A stretch of DNA of 64,000 nucleotides, taken from NCBI GenBank assembly GCA_905178155.1, contig CAJINV010000008.1:3869420-3933419 (forward strand), in the 5' to 3' direction. The notes beneath the pieces were generated by a model. The model was given only the letters and a program-made list of their open reading frames with translations. It had not been told where the DNA came from and searched no databases. Made by a program: the position numbers and the translations under genes. Shown one piece after another: positions 24,640 to 37,422 of the stretch (positions within the stretch are counted from its first letter, which is position 1; each line of letters starts with the position of its first letter). The stretch comes from Amoebophrya sp. A120 (lineage: Eukaryota; Protista; Dinoflagellata).

Positions 24640-26289
24640 TTCGCGGAGCCAAAGAACACCGAAGCCAGAACATCAAGTCTGCGTCTGGTAAAGAAAACAA
24701 CACCATTACCATCGTTCCCATATGTTTTCTTGAAGTTGAGTGATAATTATAGCGAATTAGTAGATTGAATTTGAATTTGTTCTTCGAAATTAATACTTGA
24801 GCTCTATAGAAGCACCAGCACGACCATAGGTCCAATATGAATACTCAAAATTCATCGTAAACACGCATCGGGGCAAGAGCGTCTTCTTGAAGCCATGTCT
24901 CTTTACTTTGTTCGGCCGATCAAATTTCTTTGCAATTGAGAAAATCGGGTTGTAACAAACTCGATGCGTGAAAACAAGCTCTGGTGCCCCGTAAGTACTA
25001 CTTTTTGAAGCTGTTGATACTGATAGGTACAAACAAGCTGCGCACGATAAAAGGCTTGTCCACAACATGCAACAGCACAAGAAATACAGGTGGACTCTTC
25101 AAAAAGTAGAAGGAACTACTATCAAAACCACACTATCACACGCGATGGCTTCCAACTGAAGTAGAAGTATTACTAGACTGCACGACTTTGCGTCACGGTG
25201 GCTCGTTCTTCGAGCGAAGGACCGCCACTTCTACTATTATGCAACATAGACTTAGACATCATTCAAAGATGAACTACCGCTATACTTCTCATCAACAAAA
25301 GATCAAGAGATGAAACGCGTACTACACACGCACCGCAAGTAACTGTTGAGCAGTTGGGGCAAAGTCGCTGTGATTTGGAGTTTTTGCCATGGTAGGTCTG
25401 AATAAACTTGCGGCGATCTTGAAGGTGGACGAACAGAGTCAGAGACAGTACCTAGCAGCATAGGAAGTACAAACTGGTGCGCCGTCTCACGCTTTAGCTT
25501 TTCATGAACTTCTTGAAGGCACTGTAAGAGTAGGCACTAGACTACTGCTGTTCACTTTCTTTTGCTGGCAACTGTTGTATTCTTGCGCACGGTATTTTTA
25601 ATATTGAGCAGTTCTAATAATTTTAATTTCTGCGGTTTTTTCACGACGAAAAGGATCACGAAAAATTTGTTGTATGAATATGAGAACTGCCCACACGACG
25701 TCGTCCGTTGTATCCATACGTACATCACGGCCGCAAGAAGATCTCGCTAGTAGTTTTGGTTACTACAGCCCGCAAGGGGAAAGCGGAGGTAGCGAAAAGT
25801 TGATCCGCCGGAGATCACGCTTGTTGTGTAGTTTGTCATATTTATCTTCATCAGCCTATTAAGTAATGGGCAACAACTCCTCAGCACGGTGCGATGTGCT
25901 GTTAGTTTTTTCATTTTTGAAGGCACTCTTGCTACGGCAGTATTCTTCACGGCACTGACATCAAAGTGTACTTTTTGAGCACTAAATCTGGTGTGCTCCA
26001 TCGGAATACTGGTAAACTTCATCGGATCTTCATCGATCTACGGCTACGTTTCTCCAGCGTACTTCCACACTCCTGGTCCTGCGGTAGTTGAGACTGTAAG
26101 TTTCAACGGACCACGATATCAACCCACCTCTAGGCTCTTTAGTCTCTTGACTTCATTTTCAGAAGCCCGTAAGCCCTTCGCCAGGGTTTGAGTAGTTTGT
26201 GAAACTACAACTTTAACTTTTCTCTCGTCGGTGCAACACTTAGATTCTGCTTCACTAGAAGTACTTCTAAATTGAGAACATCAAAGATA

Positions 26290-26901
26290 ATGTCGATGCA
26301 GATTTTTCTGCGTGGCGCCGACGGCACCTCCCAGGTGCGCTGCGTCGATGAATGCGCAACCGTTGGGGAGCTGGTTTCCACCCTGGATGCTGCTGTTTTG
26401 AAAGAGGGCGTCCATCTATCCTACGCGGGAAAGGACGTGCCGGAGGAGGCGGTTGTGGGAAACGTTTTACAGGATGAGTGCACGGTTGACGTCCATGTCG
26501 ACTTGCTCGGCGCGGGTAAGAAGCGCAAGAAGAAGCAGTACACCAAGCCGAAGAAAATCAAGCACAAGCACAAGAAGGTCAAGCTCGCGGTGCTGAAGTA
26601 CTACAAGGTAAGCAGACAGACAGCCCGAGTAGACCGAAACATTTGTTTCATTTTGAGTTAGTTGCTTTTCCTGAACCAATTTCGTAACTTCCGATTTGTT
26701 GAATGTTTCGGCCAATTACCCATGAGTATGTGTATGATCTATTTCATGGTGGTTTAGGTTGGTGGTGACGGAAAGGTGACCCGTTTGCGCAAGGAAAGCC
26801 CGATCTGCGGTGCGGGGGTGTTTATGGCCATGCATCACAACCGCTACCATTGTGGGAAGTCCGGGCTGACCTTCATGTTTAACAAAGAGGACGAGAAGTA
26901 G
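26290..26901 (+). CDS. RPS27A: 40S ribosomal protein eS31 (S27a) fused to a divergent ubiquitin-like domain
   Basis: [31 protein letters not shown]|[43 protein letters not shown] intron 26608-26757. Confidence 0.95.
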
Positions 26902-29900
26902 ACGTTCGTTTCACACACAGACACACACAGACTACACGAAGACCCGATATTGAATGGAACCGATCGGGAGGTCGCGCTGGCGACGTCGACGTGCAGTAGA
27001 AACGCAAACCGCTCACTCCCGATGCAGCAGAGCGCAATACAAATGAAGAAATTTTCACAACGGTGATTTATTTTGCAGCAAGATGAATAAACTTAAAGCT
27101 ACACTTACAGCACGAGAGCAGATCGTAGCTTATGCAACACGTGCATGCGCAAGCGCATCGAATTCCTCGAATCGCTGAAACAAAAATGAAAGGAGCTTTT
27201 CAGCATCGACACAGCTCTGGACCGGTTACGTGCGAGCAGACCAATGCTATCAAATCCGTTGTTGATTGTGCTATTGTAGTGTTGTTCTTGGCAGATGAAA
27301 TCATAGAAGAGAAACAGGTAGAAGAGGAGCTGGGCAGCGTCAGATTCCTGCAGAAGCATTTTTTGCGTAGTGAATGTAGTTCATGATTCGGCCGTCAAGA
27401 TCTGCGACAGAGATGCGGTTCCGGTTCTCCCGGTCTTGCGTATTTAGACTATGGTAGTTGTAGTGCTAAACTTGCTGGATGAAGAAGGAGCTCAAGCACT
27501 AGTGATGCCAAGCCTCGAGAAAGATGATGATCTCACATTACTGCAATCCTATCGCGCGATGGAGATGGTTCTCTTTTATCGTTTGCCGAAGCAGGATCAT
27601 GTTGTAGTCGCCGGATGTTGAATGTTTTTTGCGCGTTGATGTAGTACAGAAGATCTGAGAGCTGCGTCTTCTAGGTTTGAACGATAGAACGTGGCCGGCC
27701 CCGATGTCCTGCTCCATATCGACTGGTAAGTATAAATAAAGACGGCGCTGATATAAAAATCGGGGGTTCGCGGTTTTGTTAGTTATGCAGCAGCAGCACG
27801 ATCTCACTTTACTAACCTTACGGAAACAAGAGCTGGATGCTGGGATCGACATAGTAGAACACAAGAACGCGATACAAGAAGTACGGACAAGATGAATTAT
27901 TTTTTTGTGCTAGTACCTCAGGATGCACTCGTCCTCCCTATCCTGTGACACGAATCAAAACCAGGGCGCCACGTCAAAGTACGTGACAAGAATCTCAAAA
28001 AAGGACTGGACCGCATCCGCAAGAAGTCTACTTGATAGGAAATGTCATAGTCTTTTCATCTTCTACCACTAAACTTTCTTACGATACTCTTCACTAGAAG
28101 AAGACGAACACCGAGATTGACTTGAAACTCAAGTAGAAAATCTTACTGACAAAATACTTTCGCTTTCGCAAAACGATCACTTCTATATTAATGTAGGTCT
28201 CTGTAGTAGACACCAAATCGAATCGTATTCGTAACCCTCAGGACAAAGACGAACAAAAAAAGCCGTCGACAGTTTCTTCTTCGAGCGAGGCACTACTGGT
28301 ACTTACAATATCAATCTGGAAGTGGAACCTTCACGCGGGCGATGAATTCTCAGGACGTTCAGGATCCATCTTCTCGAGAATATCAATATTCCACTCGACC
28401 TCTCCAGTCCATAAGGACGCAAGACCAAATAGCGAAAAAAAGAAACTTTAGAAAACCCTTTCCACACGATCGCGGTGGCGTCTCCAACGATTCAAGGATC
28501 CTTATTTTTGTGTTGTTGGAAGATAAGCCCAAATCCAAAAGTCATTGCGTTCAACGAGCTGCGGACCGCACTGAAAGAGACGCAGAACACAAGATAGAAA
28601 TGTTTACCACATTAGCGAGAATAAATTTTCATCAATACTAGACTACCACCATTGTAAACTAAGTCCGTTCGTGTCCAGAATTGTTCTGGTGCCAGCAAAG
28701 TCTAAAGTCTCGTATTTCATCCAACACAAGCAAGAATGAGTTGGCATATATACCGTTTGATTTCGACTCGGTAGCAGCGTGAATCTGAATTGGTCTTCTT
28801 GTTCACCTTCATGCTGTTGTAGTCCTTTTAAATACCGAAAGCTTTTTAATTACACGAACATCATCTGATTTGCTACTTTATGTTATCTTCATTGATGTCT
28901 TTAATCGCTTGCTCTAGGTAGTATAGGGCACAACATTTATTTCGACGGGAGACAACTGCTGCTGGATAATGAATTTATTTGCGTTTTTTCCGCACTGACT
29001 CCCTCGGAGATATATAGTAAATATAGCCACTGACTTACCGCCCCACGACCGGGAAATTACTTCTGGTAGTCCTAAGTACTGTAGTGGAAGGCTGCAGCTT
29101 CAACAGAGTTGGAACTGAAACGATGCTTCAGTCGGATGACTCTACAACAGAATTTTTTTAAGATTTTTACCCTCAAGAACACGATAACCTCCAGAAACTG
29201 GAACAACTTCTACGAACATTTTTTTCAATATCTACAAACAAGAAATAGACCTGCGATTACCACGATTAGGATTTGTACTTAACGAAGTTCAAGTTTCAGA
29301 CAGCGAACAAACTTTGTTGGACTTGCCTCGCCCTCGTCGTAATGGACAAGCTGACGGCGACAAACCAAGTAAGTTTTCCATCGTGGAGGTTGTTTTTCTT
29401 TTTTCTCCCTTGATGATTTTCAGATTGCTGGTTGAAAGCCTACCTCTGAAAAGTTAGAAGCGGCAAATCATCATCCTCTTAGACGAGGGCTGTTGTACTA
29501 TTCTCACCTGCTCCGTATAATTTATGTGACCAAAGTAGAAAGGCATCATGAATGGATGGTGACGATCCAGTAGCACGAGCAGATTTCATCCGATACTTTT
29601 TGTTTTTGTGAATCAATTGCGCGGCAAAATGGAGAATAAAATAAAGTAGTGCCGCGAAGACACACACGTAGTGCTGCGTCAAGGGATAAAATAGTTGAAG
29701 CTCAAGGGAGTTTCGTTTCTTATCACAGAAACGCCCATGACCTTGACTGCCGTCACGAGCGTTACTCGTCTCTCGTGTTGGTGGTCGTGATTGGTCGCGC
29801 TCGCCGCATCGTGCTTGTAGTTAGACAAAAAAAGTAGAAATATATCACTTTCACTATCAGAAAAATATACCTAAGAGTAAAACTAGAAATCTTCTTCAGA

Positions 29901-30177
29901 GCTCGCTTCTGCAGGGAGCTACTGCTTGCGCTCTGCTTCACCATAACTTCGACGCCGACGTGAATGACAAAGAACCCACTTATATAATAGATTTTGGGTT
30001 GGAAGATATTTTTTTATTTCCGTGTTTCGTACTTATTTATTTTCGCTTTCAGTTTCGCTGTCTCTTTGACCTACCTAGCGCTCTTTCTTGTACTACGGAA
30101 GTACATTTTTCTTTTTGTGAATATTAAGAGTATTGAAGTACTTTAATAAATTCTGTATTTTTATTTCTAGTACTACG

Positions 30178-33100
30178 ATGTTGCGGCGCGCGAACTTTTT
30201 GGTTTTTTCCAAGCGCGAGGTAGTACCTGGTCGTGGTGGGCTTGTAGAGCCGTTGGGTGCTGCCAGCAGGACCAGAAGTTCCTCCGCTTGTACTAGGTCC
30301 AAAAGCCCCTGCTCGTGTAGCAGAATAAGTAAAAGAAGAAGCTTCATCTGTCCTCTCGCGGCGACTATGATGGCGGTGTACACCAGCTTCTTTTTGCTGC
30401 ACCTGCTTACTGCAGTCTCAAACTTCGAGCAAAATTTTTTCTTCGTGTCCAGCCTCCGTGTCGGGAGGACGAAGATGCTCGCTGCGGGCAGTAGACGGAA
30501 TCAATGGTGGAGTACTACTAGCACCAAGGGCCGCGGCAAAGGCAACGACCAAGGAGACCCTGCAGCTCCGTCCGCGAGCTCTTCAAGAAGTACAAACACT
30601 TCCACTAGAAGGAGTTCATGGACCAGCACAGACGTGGCACAACCTCCATCTCCGTCAGGCGCCGGAGGATCGCCTTCAACAGCCGGATCTAGTACTGCAC
30701 TGGGCACAGCAGGACGGGCAGGCAGCGCGCAGGTACACGTTGTGAGGGGGCGACAAGATCCTGCCAGCACAGTCATGACAACACTCGCGGAAAGAACTCA
30801 AGACGCTGAGCCTGCTGCGCAGGGTGCCAGAAGAGGCACCCGCCGGGGCCGACGCGGCCGGCGGGGGACGGCGCGAGGAAGAGGAACTAAATTTGACCCA
30901 AACGGGGACGAGGGTGGCGACTGGCCCGAAAAACCGGCAGGTCTGGCCGTAGCTGCGGCCCCGGGTTGTGCTCAGGACAAAGATCATGCGGACCACCACA
31001 ACATAGGCGGAACTGGCCTGACCGTTGTCCGCGATGCCGACATTGCCATTGCACGTGCACCGTCGAGAAATTGGTACAACATGCTTCACGAGGAGGAACA
31101 AGTCCAGGGAGATTATCGTCGTGTCGCCGAAGCCGATCTTCATGTGCAGAGTCGGCATCAAGAACAGCATCAATTTGTTGCTCCTAGTACGTCGAGCGCG
31201 CACCAGCAACATCAAAACCAAGAGGACCACCGCGAGCACGAACAGATGTTGCCTGATCTGCGACGCGAAGTAGAGAAAATTCGCAGCGAATTCGTCTTTT
31301 CGGCCTCGGATTTCGAGACAGATGAGATTGAGGAGGAGATTCTGTCTCGCGTCGAGCATCAGGCTGAGAGGGTGCTGGCCGGGAAAATGCTGGACCAACG
31401 TCAGATGGAACCAGGGAAAACTGAAGAAGAAGAGACTTCTGAAGATCTTGTAGGAAATGCAGTGAAAGCTCAACAAGAAGGAGAAGGTGAAGGCACATCA
31501 AGCTCAAGTTCGGGGTTCTGGTATGCACGCGGCGGGGGCCAAGAAATAGAACAGCAACAGGAAAACAAAGAACACTGCAAGATCGTCCACGACCGCGCAG
31601 CTTCAGCTCAACAAAAAGAGGACCCGCATCTGCATCAGGCTGACCACCATGATCAAGAGACCACAACCCAAGAACGCAATAATTCTTGTTTTACCTTCGG
31701 CGCCGCTGCCCACGCTCCTGTTCCGATGATCGCAAGTGCCTGTGGCATCCCCATGCAGATGGTGGTTGTTGGTATGGTACCAGTGTACCAGTACGCCTAC
31801 GCTCAAGCCATGCTGCCCCCGCGGCTACCTGAGGAAACGCGGCTAGAGTACCACACGCTAATGCACGGCACTCCTCGCTGCGACCTGACGAGTGCAGCCG
31901 CGTCTTCGAACGGCGCCAACGTGAACGCTCCATGTTCGCTTTGCCTGCAGCCTACCGCGGGTTGTATTACGCCAGGTGGTCCGCCAGCAGTAGTTGTGCC
32001 TTGTTCTATTTTTGTCAATGCCACGAATCGGAATCATGATGCCGCCTCTGCATTTTCCTGTGCAGCGTCGAACAGCAGCTTCGTCTACCACACGAGCTGT
32101 AATAGTGCTGGAGGGCCGGGTTGTTCGTCTGCTTCAAATGCAACTATGTTCTTGGAGGACATTAAACCGTCGACAACCGTATCTTCGGACGAGTGGAAGG
32201 ACGAGCCTGGTCCTAGCATGGAAGAAGTCGTAGAAGATGCAGTCGCTCCAGCGGAACAGGAGATGAACGTGGACAACCGCCGCGGCGCGTCGACGCCCGA
32301 TGCTGCGGCTTCGCCAAGCGTGAGAACTGTGAAGACCGTGACTGAGGGAACATTCCAAAGCCCTGACCTTGCAGATGCAAAGACAGTACCACGACCACCT
32401 TTCAATGCGTTCCCTCCGCGCAATCCTGGCTCGTGTGGGCACCCCCATGCGTGTGCAGAGGCGTGCAAGTATGTTCGCAAGCAGCGCGGGTGCAAGGACG
32501 GAGATAATTGCGACCGCTGTCACGTGTGCATTTGGCGGCCCCCGCCGCGCCTCGCGGAACTGCGCAAACAAGCGAGACTGAAGCACCGCGGTTTGGTAAA
32601 AACTGCATGCGTGTCCTCGTCGTGCTCTCAGGCCGCGGACAATGAAAAGCAAGCACCAGCAGTGGATGAGCAAGAATCAGCCAAAGATGCCACTTCCAGT
32701 ACAATTACAACTCCAGCCTCCTGCTCTGCGCAACAAGTGCGAGCAGATGGTCCTTGTGTGCGAGCCGAACCAGAGCACTATATTAGTGCTCCTGCACCTG
32801 CTTCTGCAGGACGAGAGGACGAGCTACTTCCACCAGAACAAGATGAGAGGCTGACAACTGGGTACGGAGACGAGGGCAAGAAACAGAAAAACGCTGCCAA
32901 CGAGAACGAGGTTGTAGTACCGTCGCACAGTGCTTCTATACTTCACGACAGCTATCGCGCTACAGTGAAAGTTGTAGATGAAGCAGCTGCAGGAGGAGGA
33001 GCTGCTCCATCTTCATCTGCATCTGCTAGTACGCAGCCAGGCATCATCGTCCAAGGTGGTCATCCTGGGGTGAAAAGTGTTGGCAACAAGTACGTCGACG

Positions 33101-36100
33101 AGGACCCCGACCTGTTCGTGGACGAGAACCTAGCGGCGCGCTCCATGTGGTCAAGACAGCTGTCGGACGAAGTAAGCGCGGCCAGTACACGACTGCCGGA
33201 GGACGTGGACCACCACCAGATGGCGGAAAAAGACGTATCAGCTACTGAAACTACCGACTGCACCGGTGCAGTGCCGGGCGGGGGCGAAGTAGATCCTCAT
33301 CTAAGCATTGTGGAAGATGACGCCGATCCGCGGGTTGGGCTGGGAAAGTTGCATGTGCTTCCACAGTGCGTGGAGTTTCGTCGGGAGTTTTCCCTGTCTA
33401 GTATCTCAGAACTGGGTGGTGCTGGCTGCGACGATGAAGAAGACGAAGACGAAGGCCTGACGAGACGAAGGCCTGACGAGGACGGGTTAGAAATAACATC
33501 CCAGAATAGACGGCCTCGTGTACGAACATCGTCAGAACAATGGGCCGCGGGAAGGAACATCACAAGTGTTGATGTAGTTCCTGACCAAACTGGTGCAGAA
33601 GCAGGGTGGCGCAGTGCAGCAGCTGCTCCTGGTATTGCGCCGCAGCTGCCAGAAGAACAGAAAACGGTGGAGCACGAGCAGCCGGGATGTCACGCGGACG
33701 GCTCTTCCTGCAGTTTGGGCGGGCAGCAAGCAGATGCAAATTGCTATCTCTCCTCGACGTCGTCTTGTCCTGTGTACTACAGCTGCTTTGCTGGCTACAA
33801 GAACCACCCCGGTGACGTCGCCTGGTCAGGTTGTACGCCAGCGGAGCGGTGGGAGTGGCAAACGCGGCTGCTAGACGCAGCGACGGGCAGGTCGACGGGG
33901 CCCCCGCACCGCGTGTGCAGTACGTGGTCGCTGCAGCCCGCGACGCCACTGTCGAACGCCACCGGCTCGGCCTCAGCGTCTTCCACGTTCCACTGCCACA
34001 ACGCCACAACGTTCCATCTAGCGGATGAGCTTTTACCCTCGTCGAGTGCAGCAGCTCGTGGTCCAACGTTAGAGCCAACAGCGCCCGTTCTTGATGCAGC
34101 AGGAGCTGCGTCTCCGCCGAGAAACGGAAAGCTTTACGGCGGCACTAGTGAGCAAGAGAGGATGCAAGAGCATCTTCACGAAAGCGCGAACTGTTCTCTG
34201 GTTCATGGCAGCAGCCGGGGCGGGGCTTGTGTGCAAGAACCTCAGCCGCCGTGCTTCGGCTGCAGCGAGGGCGGGCCGGCCTCGCCGCAGCCGACGGAGC
34301 GACGAGCTAGCACCAGCCAACCGGAAGATACGATTTCATCTTCAAAACCGCAGGTCCGGGCCTCGCCGCCCACGTGCAAAAGTGGCGGCATGCTGCACCG
34401 CGTGAAAGGCACGATGTGCATGCGGGCACTGGTCGATGCAAACGGTTGCAGTTGCGCGAAGGCCTCGACGAAGTCAAAAGCTGCCAGCAAGCTGCGGGCC
34501 CGGCGGTTTTACAAGAGAACTGCGGGGGGAGGTGCCGCGTCGTCGTCACCTCCTGACGTCGGATGCGATAGCGACACGACCAGCAATTGTACAAATACAA
34601 CGTCACAGTCGTTCGGCGGAGCAGAGGCCGATGTCAGTTCTAGTGGCCGCGCAAGCGGCCCTAGCGGGGACGAGGAGGAGCTGGTGCCGCAGGAGGTGCG
34701 TGCTGCTCTTCAGCATGTTCAAAATTCTGTCGATGACGGTCGTGAAGAGAAACAACATCGAGACTTTCCCGCTGGCCAACAGGTTCAGGAACAGGAGTCT
34801 CAACCTTGTTCACAGCCAGGAGCGACTGCCGACTCATCTCGAAGAGCCCCGTACCTGGGGGACCAAAACCACGATGGAGCTCCCGTCGAGTCTCCACAAC
34901 CGCGTCCGCTGAATCATGCCTTGCTGGCAGGTCTGAACCTCGAACCACCTCGCTCCCGCGGCGAATCTTTTATTTCGCAGGGGACGTCGAAGGCGAACGC
35001 AAACCCTCGAGATGTTGAACGCGGCCCTCGCTTGGTGACGCGGACTTCTTCATCTGCGACAAAAATCAAGGACGCGACCACATCACCTTTTGCAGAGGCA
35101 GGTCATGCTGATCCTGATCTTCAAGTTCATCCTAACCCAATTAGGTGCAAGCCAAATGGTGCAGCAACAACTCCGAGCCCGAGTTTGCAAGCGTCCTCTT
35201 CGCGGTGGTCAGGAATGTTCTCAAAAGTAGACTCTTCGTCGAAGTTGACCAGCGCCGGCGCCAGCTTTCTCGAAGAGGACAATCGGCCCTTCACCGTCAT
35301 CTCACCCCCACCGCTTCTTGCGGGACAGAGCTTCTGCGGCAGTACCCCCGCGACACCCGGAGGGGGGTCGTGCTGGGCTGGCACGCCGGGACGGAGCTTC
35401 TGCCAAGAAGATCCAAGCCGGAGCCCGGGTGGCGGAGGCGGGCCGGGCTCGGGTAGCACACCAGACGCTGCACGACGCAGCCCCACGTTGCATCATCATT
35501 TCGAAGGACGGGCGGGACTACGACCACGCGGAGGACCTCTAGTCCTTTCGACGCCCGCGTCTCGTCGGGGAAGCAAGGCTGATACAACTTCAACTTGTGG
35601 CTCTGGTGCCGGAGTACTCGGAGCCAGCACACCTTTAGCAGATCATGAAGTTGCTGACAGTGACAGCTGCTGGCGTGCGGAAACGGAAAGGGGGAAACAA
35701 GAAAAACAGAATGAACTTCTGCAACAAGAAGTGAATAAGAAAGGAGGAACATCATCACCAACAACAATTAGGAATCCGATGCCGCAGCGACGTTATTCTT
35801 ATTTCGACGCCGGTGTGCCTGCGCGCAGTCCGTTTTTGTCCACGAGCGGCCGAGTTGAAGCAACAAGTCCGAATCTGGATACCGCCGTCGAAGATCCTCT
35901 AAGTCTCGGGCTCCTTCCACTTCCTCCAGCTGCCTGCGATGATCTAGGTTTAGGTTTTGATCTAGCATCAGCGTGTGAAAATGGACATTTTAGGCAGGGG
36001 GAGGAAAACCAGGATGGGCAACGTCCTCATGATCCAAGGCCGCGACGTGGTCTTGGCGAACAGGTGCTGGGCCATGGTCTTCATCTTCCTGCAGGGTTTG

Positions 36101-37302
36101 GAGTGAGCCAGAAACCACCACCGCCAGAAGGACCTCCAAGGACGAGATCCAAAAGTAGTAGTTCTCGCACGGTGAGCGACGCGTTGCTTTCCCTGGTCCT
36201 CTCGACGTCCACGTCTCGTTCCTCGGAAAAGCGAGAAACGGCGCAACCGCCGCAAGCAGATCCAACACGAGCGCCGGGGTCGTGCACCGGGGCTGCAGCT
36301 TGTCCTGCTCCTCCAGAGGATCATCGCGCTAAACCCCCAGATGTCTTTGTGGAGTACTCATCTCCTTCGTGCCAGCGCTGCGAGGCGGAGGACCATGCGA
36401 CCTCCAAATGCGTCTGTGGTGCAAGAGCGTCGAGTAGCTTACCGATACAAACATCCGGGGGCTGCGCGGCGCCGTCCTCGGAAGAGCCAGAAGACAATCA
36501 ATCGTGGAGGCGCGTCCGCACCTTCAGTGACTTCGACACCATGTTGACAAATCCTGAGAAGGTGATTGTGACGGGCGATGTGAACGACCTACGTGGAAGG
36601 GAAGAAAATGTAAATGAAAACCGCAACCAGAGCGAAGAAGATCTGGGCGCCCGGCCAGGTGCAGACGATCGCTTGCTGGAAGTAGACCAGAGGCTCGCAC
36701 GGGCCCCCTTCACTTTCGCCGCCCCAGCAGATGACACCACCTTGTCGCACGAGCAGGGTGCTGTTGAGCGGGCGGGTCTGGGTCCACATCGTCCTGGTGG
36801 TCAAGATGATTTTGTTCTTGACGAGCATCAACATTTTTTGGGCAGCACTGACAACTACATCAGTGACATCTACAGCATTTCTCCTGCCGATCAGCACCAT
36901 CGAGCCGCCGGTGCTCCTGCTGCGTCGGCGGCAGCTCCTGCTGTGTGCTCTACTTCGGCATCAGCGGACCAGGACGATATTCTTCAGCCCGATTACGCGG
37001 GTCGGCGCGATTCGGGCAGCAGCAGCGATCAGGGGTCGATGCACACCGTGGCCACGAACTGCTCGTCTTTGCGAACCGTTACGACGGTGGAAAACGAAGG
37101 CTGGCGCTGGGCGTGCACCACAGATAGAACTAAGCCCCAAGATGAGCATCCTGTTCCGCAGCAAGAAGCCGCACGAGCACCACCTGCTTTAGCAGCTACA
37201 TGCTCAACAAATGGATACGCACATACTCATACGCCGACTCGGGACGATTTTGACAACCTGTTTTGCGATCATACCCGCGACTATCCAATTTCACTCTCAT
37301 GA
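30178..37302 (+). CDS. ~2370-aa intronless low-complexity protein with N-terminal hydrophobic segment and CCCH-like zinc-finger motif
   Basis: 7.1-kb open frame. Motif NPGSCGHPHACAEACKYVRKQRGCKDGDNCDRCHVCIW at ~32410-32535. Hydrophobic AATMMAVYTSFFLLHLLTAV, then RRGRRGRRG. Confidence 0.85.
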   Translation: MLRRANFLVFSKREVVPGRGGLVEPLGAASRTRSSSACTRSKSPCSCSRISKRRSFICPLAATMMAVYTSFFLLHLLTAVSNFEQNFFFVSSLRVGRTKMLAAGSRRNQWWSTTSTKGRGKGNDQGDPAAPSASSSRSTNTSTRRSSWTSTDVAQPPSPSGAGGSPSTAGSSTALGTAGRAGSAQVHVVRGRQDPASTVMTTLAERTQDAEPAAQGARRGTRRGRRGRRGTARGRGTKFDPNGDEGGDWPEKPAGLAVAAAPGCAQDKDHADHHNIGGTGLTVVRDADIAIARAPSRNWYNMLHEEEQVQGDYRRVAEADLHVQSRHQEQHQFVAPSTSSAHQQHQNQEDHREHEQMLPDLRREVEKIRSEFVFSASDFETDEIEEEILSRVEHQAERVLAGKMLDQRQMEPGKTEEEETSEDLVGNAVKAQQEGEGEGTSSSSSGFWYARGGGQEIEQQQENKEHCKIVHDRAASAQQKEDPHLHQADHHDQETTTQERNNSCFTFGAAAHAPVPMIASACGIPMQMVVVGMVPVYQYAYAQAMLPPRLPEETRLEYHTLMHGTPRCDLTSAAASSNGANVNAPCSLCLQPTAGCITPGGPPAVVVPCSIFVNATNRNHDAASAFSCAASNSSFVYHTSCNSAGGPGCSSASNATMFLEDIKPSTTVSSDEWKDEPGPSMEEVVEDAVAPAEQEMNVDNRRGASTPDAAASPSVRTVKTVTEGTFQSPDLADAKTVPRPPFNAFPPRNPGSCGHPHACAEACKYVRKQRGCKDGDNCDRCHVCIWRPPPRLAELRKQARLKHRGLVKTACVSSSCSQAADNEKQAPAVDEQESAKDATSSTITTPASCSAQQVRADGPCVRAEPEHYISAPAPASAGREDELLPPEQDERLTTGYGDEGKKQKNAANENEVVVPSHSASILHDSYRATVKVVDEAAAGGGAAPSSSASASTQPGIIVQGGHPGVKSVGNKYVDEDPDLFVDENLAARSMWSRQLSDEVSAASTRLPEDVDHHQMAEKDVSATETTDCTGAVPGGGEVDPHLSIVEDDADPRVGLGKLHVLPQCVEFRREFSLSSISELGGAGCDDEEDEDEGLTRRRPDEDGLEITSQNRRPRVRTSSEQWAAGRNITSVDVVPDQTGAEAGWRSAAAAPGIAPQLPEEQKTVEHEQPGCHADGSSCSLGGQQADANCYLSSTSSCPVYYSCFAGYKNHPGDVAWSGCTPAERWEWQTRLLDAATGRSTGPPHRVCSTWSLQPATPLSNATGSASASSTFHCHNATTFHLADELLPSSSAAARGPTLEPTAPVLDAAGAASPPRNGKLYGGTSEQERMQEHLHESANCSLVHGSSRGGACVQEPQPPCFGCSEGGPASPQPTERRASTSQPEDTISSSKPQVRASPPTCKSGGMLHRVKGTMCMRALVDANGCSCAKASTKSKAASKLRARRFYKRTAGGGAASSSPPDVGCDSDTTSNCTNTTSQSFGGAEADVSSSGRASGPSGDEEELVPQEVRAALQHVQNSVDDGREEKQHRDFPAGQQVQEQESQPCSQPGATADSSRRAPYLGDQNHDGAPVESPQPRPLNHALLAGLNLEPPRSRGESFISQGTSKANANPRDVERGPRLVTRTSSSATKIKDATTSPFAEAGHADPDLQVHPNPIRCKPNGAATTPSPSLQASSSRWSGMFSKVDSSSKLTSAGASFLEEDNRPFTVISPPPLLAGQSFCGSTPATPGGGSCWAGTPGRSFCQEDPSRSPGGGGGPGSGSTPDAARRSPTLHHHFEGRAGLRPRGGPLVLSTPASRRGSKADTTSTCGSGAGVLGASTPLADHEVADSDSCWRAETERGKQEKQNELLQQEVNKKGGTSSPTTIRNPMPQRRYSYFDAGVPARSPFLSTSGRVEATSPNLDTAVEDPLSLGLLPLPPAACDDLGLGFDLASACENGHFRQGEENQDGQRPHDPRPRRGLGEQVLGHGLHLPAGFGVSQKPPPPEGPPRTRSKSSSSRTVSDALLSLVLSTSTSRSSEKRETAQPPQADPTRAPGSCTGAAACPAPPEDHRAKPPDVFVEYSSPSCQRCEAEDHATSKCVCGARASSSLPIQTSGGCAAPSSEEPEDNQSWRRVRTFSDFDTMLTNPEKVIVTGDVNDLRGREENVNENRNQSEEDLGARPGADDRLLEVDQRLARAPFTFAAPADDTTLSHEQGAVERAGLGPHRPGGQDDFVLDEHQHFLGSTDNYISDIYSISPADQHHRAAGAPAASAAAPAVCSTSASADQDDILQPDYAGRRDSGSSSDQGSMHTVATNCSSLRTVTTVENEGWRWACTTDRTKPQDEHPVPQQEAARAPPALAATCSTNGYAHTHTPTRDDFDNLFCDHTRDYPISLS

Positions 37303-37422
37303 TCTACCTCAATTTGCATTTGCATAAAAAAGAAAACATTACTGACGAAGAAAGTAGAGCCCTCATCGTGATCTGCATATCAACATGATGTGGAAGTGCG
37401 CCTGCGCGACTAGTACGAGCAA

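Noticed and set aside
27105-30100. Scattered short ORFs in AT-richer DNA
   Set aside because: No homology cues or consistent exon chain. Treated as intergenic.
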